Below, piece after piece: positions 42,169 through 64,000 of a stretch of 64,000 nt of DNA. The stretch covers positions 1,909,321-1,973,320 of the forward strand of contig CM119266.1 in NCBI GenBank assembly GCA_051294375.1, read 5' to 3'. Position 1 is the stretch's first letter. Each line of letters starts with the position of its first letter. Source of the DNA: Paraspadella gotoi. Its lineage: Eukaryota > Animalia > Chaetognatha. Made by a program: the position numbers and the translations under genes. The notes beneath the pieces were generated by a model. It made no database searches and had not been told where the DNA came from. It saw only the letters and a program-made list of their open reading frames with translations.

Positions 42169-42983
42169 AGAGAGGAGAGAGAGAGAGAGCGATCATGAAA
42201 TTTCTCAGNNNNNNNNNNNNNNNNNNNNNNNNNTTTTCTCACCGTAATCGCTGCTCGCATCCCGTTCTCTCTCTCCACCACGGGCGACGGCGGTGGCGTC
42301 TTGAACCTCCCCGATCTCGGCGATCCTGGCGGCGTCGATTCCGGCAACAGAGTCGGCGCCGGCGTCGTCCCAAAAGACGCCGCTTTAGGCGGACCGGGCG
42401 GAAGAGCGGCGATCTGACGATAGGCCATCGAATCTATCGTCGCTCGTCGACCGGCGTCGAATTTTTTGACGCCGGATACGAAGGGAAGAGGAAGGACGGC
42501 GCCGTTGACGACGCGGCCGCCGCCGCTTCTGCCGCCGTTTCCGCCGCCGCTGCCGACGCCGCTCTGGCCACCGCCTTCCTTAAAAACGTCATCCTCGATT
42601 TCCCCGCTCGAGTTTTTATTTATTTTCTTGTTCTTTTTGTTGTTGTTGTCGTCGTCGTCGTCGTTGTTGTTCTCCGAGCTACTGCGCCGCAGATATAAGT
42701 TTCTCCCGGCGACGTCGTGATCTTCGCTGTAGCGGCGGTTCAGCGGCGGCGGCGGCTGCTGAGGCAGAGGCGGCGGCTGCTTTCTTGACGAGTCTATCGT
42801 TGCTGCTGCTGTTGATGCGACTCCATCGGGGACGTCAAGGCCGTTGCTCACGCTGCTGCCGACACCGCTGTCATTGCCGACGCTGCTGCCGACCCGGCCG
42901 CCGGATTTAAGCCTCGACGGCCGGATGAAGACCTGTCGTCCGGCGACCTCGTGGTCTTCGGTCATTCGGCGCCGGAGACTCAT
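36254..42983 (-). CDS. LIM-domain protein (CRP/CRIP-type LIM plus a half LIM) with long Pro/Gly/Ser-rich N-terminus
   Basis: Exon 1 is 42983-42243, exon 2 about 37703-37493 (contains indel errors; duplicate at about 41020-41250) and exon 3 36644-36254. The reconstructed LIM is ..GCGQ(P)VFHAEARLAL..KWH..|CFRCHFCRKSLETTNFFEKEGKICCKSC. A Gly-rich linker and CSFC..x20..CATC follow. Confidence 0.75.
38034..38226 (+). mobile_element. tRNA-derived SINE-like element, copy 1 (noisy duplicate at 41543-41751)
   Basis: A-box-like TGGTGCCGGAGG, B-box-like GGTTCTAGCCC, acceptor-like pairing GCGGCCA/TGGTCGC, a ~120-nt body and an AT-rich end. Near-identical copy at 56070. Confidence 0.75.
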
Positions 42984-43455
42984 TGTGGTGCAGAGGGCTT
43001 GGGGTGGTTAAGCGAAGGGGGATTGGGCGAGGGGTGGTTTGGCTTGGGAGGTTAGGTAATTGGTTGGGTTTACTTGGTTGGGGTGGGCCTTAATATTAGT
43101 TTTGGATTTTGATATTGTTGGTGGTGAAATTTCTGACGGCGACAGAGAGAGAAAGCGAATGTTAATAATTTTTTTTTCACGACAAATTATAAAAAAAATT
43201 AAATTATGTTGAAATATTAGTTTTAAAATGTTATTTTCAATTTAATGGTAAAAATCTCTTTTTTCCCCTCAAGTTTAAAAAAAAATCATTATTAAAATTT
43301 AAATAACGTCTTTCATTTAATTAAAACACGTAAAGTTCAAAGATTGATATGAGACGGCGTTTCGATTTCAAGAAACAAAACCTGTTAAATCCCAAGACAA
43401 AGGCGGAGGCCGAAAAGGCATTGCTGTTCTGATAGGGCGGACCGGACCTCCGGCA

Positions 43456-43535
43456 AATGAATGGCGAATGAATAAGAAATGAATGGTAAATGAACGGCGA
43501 ATGAATAAGAAATGAATGGTAAATGAATGGCGAAT
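43456..43535. repeat. 33-bp minisatellite running into a gap
   Basis: GAATGGCGAATGAATAAGAAATGAATGGTAAAT repeated more than twice. Confidence 0.8.
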
Positions 43536-46500
43536 NNNNNNNNNNNNNNNNNNNNNNNNNNNNNNNNNNNNNNNNNNNNNNNNNNNNNNNNNNNNNNNNN
43601 NNNNNNNNNNNNNNNNNNNNNNNNNNNNNNNNNNNNNNNNNNNNNNNNNNNNNNNNNNNNNNNNNNNNNNNNNNNNNNNNNNNNNNNNNNNNNNNNNNNN
43701 NNNNNNNNNNNNNNNNNNNNNNNNNNNNNNNNNNNNNNNNNNNNNNNNNNNNNNNNNNNNNNNNNNNNNNNNNNNNNNNNNNNNNNNNNNNNNNNNNNNN
43801 NNNNNNNNNNNNNNNNNNNNNNNNNNNNNNNNNNNNNNNNNNNNNNNNNNNNNNNNNNNNNNNNNNNNNNNNNNNNNNNNNNNNNNNNNNNNNNNNNNNN
43901 NNNNNNNNNNNNNNNNNNNNNNNNNNNNNNNNNNNNNNNNNNNNNNNNNNNNNNNNNNNNNNNNNNNNNNNNNNNNNNNNNNNNNNNNNNNNNNNNNNNN
44001 NNNNNNNNNNNNNNNNNNNNNNNNNNNNNNNNNNNNNNNNNNNNNNNNNNNNNNNNNNNNNNNNNNNNNNNNNNNNNNNNNNNNNNNNNNNNNNNNNNNN
44101 NNNNNNNNNNNNNNNNNNNNNNNNNNNNNNNNNNNNNNNNNNNNNNNNNNNNNNNNNNNNNNNNNNNNNNNNNNNNNNNNNNNNNNNNNNNNNNNNNNNN
44201 NNNNNNNNNNNNNNNNNNNNNNNNNNNNNNNNNNNNNNNNNNNNNNNNNNNNNNNNNNNNNNNNNNNNNNNNNNNNNNNNNNNNNNNNNNNNNNNNNNNN
44301 NNNNNNNNNNNNNNNNNNNNNNNNNNNNNNNNNNNNNNNNNNNNNNNNNNNNNNNNNNNNNNNNNNNNNNNNNNNNNNNNNNNNNNNAAAAAATTTAAAT
44401 GATGATCCAGTTTCATTCAATTTACATTCGCCACGCCCGTCAACTTTTTCGGAAAAAGATTAGTGGCTTCGCCCCGGATTAAGAAAATGGACAAATAGTG
44501 TGGACTATTTAAATAAAAAGAGATTTATCTCGGGGCTTAGAGAATTGAAATTAAAGCTTTAGTTAATGTTAAAAAAAGTCTGTTTAGTATTTAAATTTAA
44601 AAAGAATGTAAAATAAGTATAATAAATAACAAAAAACACAATTTTTATAAGCCTTTGGATAAAAAAAATTTAGACGACACCGAAGTTTGACTATATTATG
44701 TCACTTGTTTGGCGCGAGATTCGATCCAAACCAAAGTCTACATTCCACGAATTCGTTTTGTAGCGAAAGAAAAATAAAAAAAGAAAAATTACTTTCTTTT
44801 CATTTCTCGATATTTACATTTTTGTCGCGGCGTTGCGCAAAGTTTTTTTCCTTCTTAGCATAATCCCGCAGAAACACGTTTTTCAAGAGTCGATTTCGTG
44901 CTTTGGTTGTTGTTGTAGTTGTCGTCGTCGTCGTCTTTGATTATGTGTAATAAATTAAAAAAATTGACTATCTCCTCCGAGATTCAAACTTCTCCCATTT
45001 TTAAATCTTATATTTCTCATCAATATTTTTTTCCTCTTCTTTCTATTTTTAATTTTTTTAAATCATTCATTTATCGACGCTGAATTGGATTTTCGCGTGA
45101 TACTTATTTGTGATATTTATCGCTTATCTGTCTGGTTTTAATTTTTGTGTTTTTTTTTTATTTCTCAGTAATATCCGTAACTTAAAATTAATCTTATTCG
45201 CTGCATGGGAATTTTTTTGAAAAGCAATGGATACAAACGACAAAAAAAAACAGTAGAAAGTACCATTATGCGGTGACGATCTATAGTATTAAATTTGAGA
45301 CTTTGGGCTTAATTTTATTATTTTTAAAGACTAATTTAATGACTGATCAGCTTTTTTGCTTTTGATTTACAAATATTATATTATTTTTTTTGAATCTTTG
45401 CGTTTGATTTAGAAAATAAATCGTAAATTTTTAAATGTTAACAACAATGACAAATAATAAAAAAAATATTTGTCGTTATTGTTAACAATAAATAATTTTA
45501 CTATTTTGTTTCTAGATTTACAAATAAAAATTATAAAATAATATGAAAGAGATAACCAAAAAAAAATTGGAATAACCGACTGACCGACCTGCCAATAACA
45601 AACCGAATAATTTTAAGAAATGCGTCGACGCTTTAAAAAAATACACAAGAGGCTCGAGTTGATTCAGGGGGCGTACTTAAAAATTAGGGATCAAAGTCTG
45701 AAAGTTTTGAAAAAAAGGTTAACCAATTTCGATCGCTTCCTTTTAAGTTTTAACAAAGCTAAAAAAAAGTTTATTTTTAGGGCGGAGAAAAAAAGGCTTG
45801 TCACTGATTGAAAAAACTGATCTCGTGGGTTAAAAATGTTGTTTTATGTTTAGAAAAAAAAGAAGAAGTTAGCAGGTTTTATTAGGTTTTGAAAAAAACA
45901 TTTTTTTTTATGTAAAAAAGTCCAACTTAGTTTGGATCGATGAGGAGAGAAGCTAAGTTGTCTCCATGGAAACAAACTTGCAAAGCTAAAAAGGACTTGT
46001 TGACTATTTTTTTTTTAAATAACGACTTTTAGCTTTTTTTTCACAGATTTTTTAATTCTTTCACTTTTCTTTCTTTCTTTCTTTTATCTTCTTTCCTCCT
46101 AACTTCATTCAGTTCTATCTTACCTCCTGCAGTCGCCATTTTCTTTCCCTCACCTAAACCCTTTCGGGGAGAAGCGAAAGATGGAAAACAGATTTGAAGT
46201 TAATGTGGAACGAATTAAAAAAAATAAGAAGATTAAATATAGAAAAAGATATTGAGCGAGAACAAAGAAAATAGGAACGAAGGATAAAAGCAATGAAAAA
46301 AAAAGAAAGAATGAAAGAAAGAAGCAGAGAAGAAAAAAGATGGAAAGACAATGTTAAAATTAAGAAGGAAAGAAATGAAAAAAATACACACCCCCCACAA
46401 AAAAAAAATAAAAGAAATAATAGAAGAAGCAATAGAATTATAAATTTTAAAGAGTCGTTCTTGGACTAAGGACAATCTCCATTAAATCATAAAAATAAAT

Positions 46501-46917
46501 AAAAGATTTGTTTTTAAATTAAAATCTTTGGCAAAGAAGCCGCGTTTATGATTGAATGAATCGATTTAGTTTAAATTATTTAAATTCTTAAATTTGACAA
46601 TCGTAACAGTTGTCGTAATACGAAATGGGACAAATGATTATAGATTATGGATTATATAATTTATAGTAGTATTCTTTTTTGTGCGATTGAGCTTGCTATT
46701 TTGCATTTAAATTGTCACGAGGAACGCATTTTACAAACTCCCACGTCGCCTTTTTCTAATTTTATATTTCTATTTATTCTTAAATTAAAATGAACTTTAC
46801 GATTGAAATAAAGGAACATTTCCAATAGCATAAGTCTGCTTGTTCGAAGTTTAGACTTAAAACGGTAGTTACGCAATCGCCGTCGATGGCCACACGTAAA
46901 AAAACGGGGAACCAATC

Positions 46918-46955
<38 letters not shown>

Positions 46956-47072
46956 GCTCTCACGTCTCTCTCAACTCTCTCTCTCTCAGTACTATTGGAT
47001 TGAGATTTTCAAAGGATAGAATCGTCAAAACCTGCTTTTTCTCTCTTGTCGCTTCAAGTAGACTCTCTCTTG

Positions 47073-47265
47073 CTTTGCTCCCTCTCCCTTTGCTCCCTCT
47101 TCTTATTTCCTTCATCGATCGCTTCCTCCTTTGCTCCCTCTTCCTTTGCTCCCTCTTCTTATTTCTTTCATCGATCGCTTCCTCCTTTGCTCCCTCTCCC
47201 TTTGCTCCCTCTTCTTATTTCTTTCATCGATCGCTTCCTCCTTTGCTCCCTCTCCCTTTGCTCCC
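47073..47265. repeat. 56-bp minisatellite, about 3.4 copies
   Basis: CTTTGCTCCCTCTCCCTTTGCTCCCTCTTCTTATTTCTTTCATCGATCGCTTCCTC units. Confidence 0.9.
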
Positions 47266-48894
47266 GCTCACTCCCAATCACTCCATCCAACCAATGAAAT
47301 CCCAAGGCAGAATTGGTCCGACCTCGCTCGACCCAATCACAGCGAAAAACCTTGTCAAGAAAAAAAAATCGGGAAAACTTTTTTTTCTTTTTATTTCTCA
47401 CCAGATTTTAATTTTCTCTCCTACATTTGCATTTTTTTCCTCCAAACTACTATAAATAAATATTTATATGAAGGGGCGTGTGGAAAAACGGCGGATCACT
47501 AAACATTTTATTTGCAGCGGATCCCGTTTGTTGGATATTTATTATATAATGTTGAATGAAGTAATAAGGCAATAGGCATNNNNNNNNNNNNNNNNNNNNN
47601 NNNNNNNNNNNNNNNNNNNNNNNNNNNNNNNNNNNNNNNNNNNNNNNNNNNNNNNNNNNNNNNNNNNNNNNNNNNNNNNNNNNNNNNNNNNNNNNNNNNN
47701 NNNNNNNNNNNNNNNNNNNNNNNNNNNNGATTTAGTTGGGTTTTCTCACAAGAAACATAAAAAATAGCATTATGTTTTTTTATTAGCTAGTGATTAGATT
47801 TTTAAAATTAGTTTCAAAATTGTTTTTCTTCACGAAACCCAAGACTTTGTGCAGTGGGTCAAGTGTCTATTACTCTACATGTCCCTGTTTTTTTTGTTTT
47901 TTTTTGTATCTAAATCATAATTGGTTTATCCGACTCTATTTTTCACAATATTTCGTTATTTTGGAGATATTCATAATATTAGATATTAAATACATCGCCT
48001 CTACTTTTCAAGTTACAGAGTCTACTAGCGTAACGAACGAAGGCAAAATGTAATACTAAGTAACTCGGAACGAAAAAACAAATGAACCGATTGGCCGGTG
48101 ACCTTTTTCTGCTCCTTTTCCGCGCAATAAATTCAATGGATTATTCCGGCCAAAGGTTGTATTTCTGGGCTAAAAGCAATTTGCACCGAGGGGAATAATA
48201 ATCCGGAAAATAGTATTTTTAAATATTGGGTAATTGAGGTTAGATTAACATTAATTATCGTAATTCTGCGGAAATTTTTGAATTCACGAATAAGATGGTT
48301 ACCTTTACATTGACATAAATATTATTATTAATTGACCCGTATTTACGAGTGTGTGCTTTTCTTAAATATTTACAACTGCAATTTGTGCATAATCTCTCTC
48401 TCTCTCATCATCTCTCTCTCTCTCTCCTCTCATCTCTCTTCTCTTCTCTCTCTCTCCACTTCACTAAAACCTCCGCCAAAATCAGTTTGATAAGGTTCCG
48501 GGCGTGTCCCTCTCTCTCTCTCTCTTCTCTCTCTCTCAACTCCTCCCTCTCCTCTCTCTCCATCTCGCTAGCTCTCTTCTCCCTCTCTCCTCTTCTCCTC
48601 TCTTCAACCCCTTTCCACCCCCCCCGCCAATAGATCAGTTGAAAATAAGGTCTCGGCGGTGTCTCTCTCTCCTCTCTCTGCTCTCTTCTCTACTCTTTCG
48701 TCTCTCTCTTCCTCTCTCTCTCTCTATCTCTCTCTCTCACCCCCTTCCCCATAAGTCCAGTGAAAGCATAAGTCTCGGCGTGTCTCCATCTCATCTCTCT
48801 CCTCCTCGTCAGCTCCTCTCTCTCTCTTCTTCTCTCTCTCTCCCACTTCTCTCTCTCTCTCTCAACTAAACCCCTCCCAAAATCAGTTGAAATA

Positions 48895-50010
48895 CAGTCT
48901 CGGTGTCTCTGTCCTTTGACAGGTAGGCAAAACAACCAGGCCAGCATCGGAGCAGAACTGCAATTGAGCGCCGCGATTGAAGGGGATATTTCGGGCGACC
49001 ATGACCGGCGCGGGCGGCGGCCATTCGGCGTCACGGCGTCCGCCATCTCAGCGACGGCGTCGACGCCGCCGGCGTTGGCGCCGGCGTCGTAGAGGCGAAG
49101 CCGGCGTGCGATCTCGCTGGGTCCGCGCTGGCAGAGCGTCGAGAGGAGCGGCGAGGGAGGCGATCTGAGAGCGGAGGAGACGCGCCCGAGAGAGAGAGAG
49201 ACGAAGAGAGAGCGAGAGAGAGAGAGGAGGAGGCACGAAAGAGATGACCGACGCAAACGGCAACTTTCTCCTTGTAACCTGCCGAGTCATCTTCAACAAC
49301 CATCACTTACGTAAATAGGTTACTAAGCCAACATCACTGACAAAAAGACCAAACAGTCGTAATCCACTCATACATGACAATGACGATCCAAAGAGGCACG
49401 ATAATTTACGACCAAAATTGCTATGCAAGCTTCGGACGAGGACAGATAACGACGCAGGACCGACGACGAAGAGGAAGAGAAGGAAGAAAAGACGACGACG
49501 ACGACGACGACGACGACGCCCTACCTCGTGCTTTGTGAAGCAGTCCGCTCGGAAAGCCGCACCGTCGTGCCCAGGAACCCACTTGGGAAGCAGCACGCCC
49601 CAGTGCAACGCTGCGAGGCTGAAAAACAGAGAAGGAAGCAAAGTTGATATGAGGTTTTTGGGAAAGAGAGAAGCAAGACGCGCAAGGAAGTATTGAAGTG
49701 AAGAACAGACAAGACGATATAAATAGGCAAGCAAAGGAGAAGGACGCGAGGAAGAAGGACCAGGGGGCCTCACCCCGGCTTCGCTGAAGAAAGATGTGCG
49801 GATTAAAATCCAAAAAGAGAAAGATAAGTTTCAAGGACAAAACTGGGAAATAGATTAAAAGACAAAGAATGAGGGCTTCGAGTGGCGGGGAAGGCGAGAA
49901 AAAACAGACGAGAAGCTCTTAATGACACGAGAAATTGAGAATAAGGAATGACATGAGAAAAACTGGACGCGCAAAATGCGACGACAATGGAAAACATTAA
50001 GAAAACGAGA
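48895..50010 (-). other. Error-rich duplicate of the sulfatase 3' end (copy of about 50560-51580)
   Basis: Colinear with 50561-51580 but has many indels. It reveals the last exon otherwise hidden in the 50649-50909 gap. Confidence 0.8.
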
Positions 50011-50560
50011 AAACGACGGGAAGACGTAACACCTTGCCGACATCGGACACACCGCCACGTGCTCGTGCAAGGGAGAGAGAGACCCAGAGAACGAGAGCAG
50101 AGAGAGAGAGCAGGGAGAGCGAGACGAGAGACGACAGCAGGACCGACGACGACGAGAGAAAGAGGAGGGTAGAGGACGGTGTTAACTCTGAGCTCAGTTG
50201 GTACAACAGTTATGAAGAAAAGTCTAAGAGAGAGAGGAGAGGCAGGAGAAGGCACCCTCCCCCCCCCCCGCTTCCGCCTTGGTAGCATTCTCCGGATTTG
50301 TTTTCTTTTCTGCCAAAAAAAAAATCGGGAAACTCAGATGGACGAGGATGACGGTTGACGACGCGAAGTCTTTCTTGCTTTTTTTCCTTTCGAGCGAAAT
50401 AACAAACAACAAACTTGGGTTCTGAGTAATCGTAAATATTAGAATTCAATATACGATTGAGTCGGTGTTTTTTTTTTTTTTTTGACAATGTATCGAGATT
50501 TTCTTTTTCGTTAGATTTATAGAGAAAACATAATGNNNNNNNNNNNNNNNNNNNNNNNNN

Positions 50561-61316
<10,756 letters not shown>

Positions 61317-62873
61317 TTTCGTTTCTGTCCTTTTAAATCCGACGATTGTCACGTTTTTACGTCGAGTTTACTCGCTTTTAACGAGGAATTTTAACTCGTT
61401 TTAGAGAATTTCTCCTTTCGCACAGTGCAGCTATACGGAAGAGGACCTTGGTCGACCGGTAAAAATCGCTTCGCAGGGAGAGATATCAGTAATGAGCGTC
61501 CCAGCATCGTATTAAATGTTTATTGTCAAGCAGTCTTAATTAAGTCGAATAAAAAAATTCTTTGACCCAATGAAAATAATTCGTCGCTAAATTAACTAAA
61601 TTTTTTTGAAGGTTATCAACGTCGAAGAAAGTTTGTCATTAATTTCAAATTATCTTTATTTACTTTTTTAAAAAAATAAAATGTTCTGAGCGAGAAAACT
61701 GTTTGAATCAAGTCGCTGGATGCGACCAAAGTTTAAACCTAGAAAAGATAAGGAATCGATTTTAATCGTGCATTTCATTTTAATTAATTTTATAAGAAGC
61801 ATAAATTTTAAAATCGCTTGGTTCCGCAACCTGATTCTCTAAAATAACCATTCCACATAATATTTAGAACATATTTAAACATACTTCAAAAACAGGAGTC
61901 AATACATAGATACTTAGTAGTAGCGCTTGTTTACATTTTCTGTTTTGTTGTTTAATAAAAAATATATCTTCTTCCGATCGAGTTTAATTTATATCGTGGG
62001 ACAAGCAACTTTCTTCAAATGCTTATTATATTTGAGTTTGTAAAACCGCCTTGTTTATCGATTTTTCTTTTTTTTTTAAACTTAAGTACTTTTCAGTCTT
62101 CGAACAGTTTTACTTTAATAAGATTAACATTTACCCTCATTTCGTTTCGCTGGTTTAAAAGTTAAGCATTTATGCTTATCTTTAGATCTAAAAAACAAAA
62201 ATGTAGAAAATCTGACGAAAAATTCAAGAGAATAAGAGAATAAAAAGAAAATTTATTCGATGAAGCGAATAAGTAAATCGCAGAACCGAAAAAGAAAAAG
62301 AGACAAGAAAAAAAGAAACAGAAAGACGTCGAGGAAAAACTAATAATAAAAGAGAGAATGAAGACAGCGGAAGCAGCTAAACATATTAGACAGTGGCACC
62401 AATAAATATGTGGAATCGGATAAATCAATTAGTTTCAAGAAATAAAGCTAAAACCATTTGGCGAATTTTACTATTATATCAGATCCCCTAGCTAATTGAT
62501 TAATTGGCTAAATTATAATAAGACACAGTCAATAAATTCGTGGAACCAAGGAGAAAATAAAATCCGCAAAGGCCATCAATCGTAGAATTATCCAATTAAA
62601 GTGGTACCAATAGGATTGGGAAAGTTGGTTTTTAAACAATTTAACAATAGATTTGATATATACCAAATGAAACCAATAATCCTAAAACAGAAACGTCGTT
62701 ACAAGCTGAACCTTTAAGCTGAAATCTGCTTAACCAATTAAACCAGTAGATGAATTACGAAGTTGAAGGCAGCAAAACCACTGAAACTAATATGATGCAA
62801 GAGAGAAAAGAAAAAAAGAAAAAAAAAAGATTCCACCGAAGCCAATAAACGAAAAAAAAACGCATCGAAGGAA

Positions 62874-63185
62874 ATGAGATAAAAAAAAAGCTCATATAAA
62901 GAGAAAAGAGGAAGTTTGCTTTTCTTTTTCAAACGCTCCATCCTTTCTTTTTATGAGATAAAAAAAGCTCACATAAAGAGAAAAGAGGAAGTTTGCTTTT
63001 CTTTTTCAAACACTCCATCCTTTTTTTATGAGATAAAAAAAGCTCACATAAAGAGAAAAGAGGAAGTTTGCTTTTCTTTTTCAAACGCTCAATCCTTTCT
63101 TTTTATGAGATTAAAAAAAGCTCAGATAAAGAGAAAACAGGAAGTTTGCCTTTCTTTTTCAAACGTTCCATCCTTTCTTTTTATT
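62874..63185. repeat. ~76-bp minisatellite, 4 copies
   Basis: ATGAGATAAAAAAAGCTCACATAAAGAGAAAAGAGGAAGTTTGCTTTTCTTTTTCAAACGCTCCATCC at about 62874, 62953, 63028 and 63104. Confidence 0.9.
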
Positions 63186-63614
63186 TTTTCTGTTTTCTTG
63201 TTATTTTCTTGTTGTTTTTTTAACATCACGAATTTCTTTAAGCTCCGGTTCTTTTTTTTTAGTCTTTGGCAAACTTACTATTTCTTTGTTTATTGTGTTG
63301 TTATTTTGTTCTTCTTTTCGTCTTTTTTTTTTCAGGAGCGTATGGTTTCTTTAAACGTCGCCTTCATTGTTTTTACCGACGGTTTACTTGAGCTCGTTTC
63401 AAAACTTTCTTTTCGTCGGTTTAGTTCATTTTTTTGTTTGTTTTTGAGTTTATATAGAAATCCCAATTTGGATTGCACAGAATATGGAAAGTAGATATGT
63501 AGAGAGTAAGGAAGAAGGAAGGAAAAGAGGAGAAGAGATGAATAGAGATGAAGGAAATAGGAAAGGAGAGAGAAGAACAATGTAGGAAAAAGAGGAATAA
63601 AGAGGGAGGTAGAA

Positions 63615-63980
63615 TGGAGAGGAAGTAGAAAGGAAACTAAGTAGGAATGGAAACTAATTAGGAATGAAGAGGAAGTAGGAAGGGAAACTATTTAGGAATG
63701 AAGAGGAATAGGAACTGAAGACGGAAGTAGAAGGGAAACTAATTAGGAATGAAGAGGAAGTGGACTAAAGAGGAAGTAGGAAGAGGAAACTAATAGGAAG
63801 AAGAGGAAGTAGGACTAAAGAGGAAGTAGGAGGAAACTAATAAGGAATAAAGAGGAAGTAGGACTGAAGAGAAAGTTAGGAAGGGAAACTAATTAGTAAT
63901 GAAGAGGAAGTAGGACTAAAGAGGAAGTAAGAAGGGAAACTAATTAGAATGAAGAGGAAGTAGGATTGAATAGGAAGTAG
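63615..63980. repeat. Degenerate purine-rich satellite
   Basis: Recurring GAGGAAGTAGG and GGAAACTAATTAGGAATGAA subunits. Confidence 0.8.
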
Positions 63981-64000
63981 AAGCGGATCTCTCTCTTTTT

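Noticed and set aside
45435-45487. Short AT-rich inverted repeat
   Set aside because: Low complexity, single copy and no TSD.
62874-63185. CRISPR-like or terminator-like repeats
   Set aside because: These are head-to-tail units without unique spacers in a eukaryotic context, i.e. an ordinary minisatellite.

Overview
This is eukaryotic (animal-like, probably invertebrate) draft-genome sequence: AT-rich, full of (GA)n and (GAC)n microsatellites and N gaps, with spliced genes that the ORF track mostly misses. Manual splicing gives four well-supported genes: (1) a + strand 8-exon gene (1850-4996, 474 aa) with three N-terminal TM helices (MS4A/CD20-like look) fused to a Cys-rich/EGF-like C-terminus; (2) a - strand 5-exon MARVEL-domain protein (21374-19714, 129 aa); (3) a - strand LIM-domain protein with a long low-complexity N-terminus (42983-36254); (4) a - strand steroid-sulfatase-family arylsulfatase (61316 to about 50560). 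The sulfatase has two tandem, same-length, same-phase paralogous exons for the first membrane helix, which predicts mutually exclusive splicing; this is the most notable biological signal. The window also holds a tRNA-derived SINE-like family, a ~150-bp dispersed repeat with snRNA-like 3' architecture, three MITE-like elements (Ginger-like, Tc1/mariner-like, Kolobok-like), a CCAAT/YY1 promoter cluster and several minisatellites. Three large near-tandem duplications (about 25.1-35.2, 35.6-42.0 and 48.9-51.6 kb) look like uncorrected long-read or haplotype gap-fill artefacts. No CRISPR array, rRNA or intact tRNA was found. All gene models were spliced by hand and need RNA-seq confirmation.
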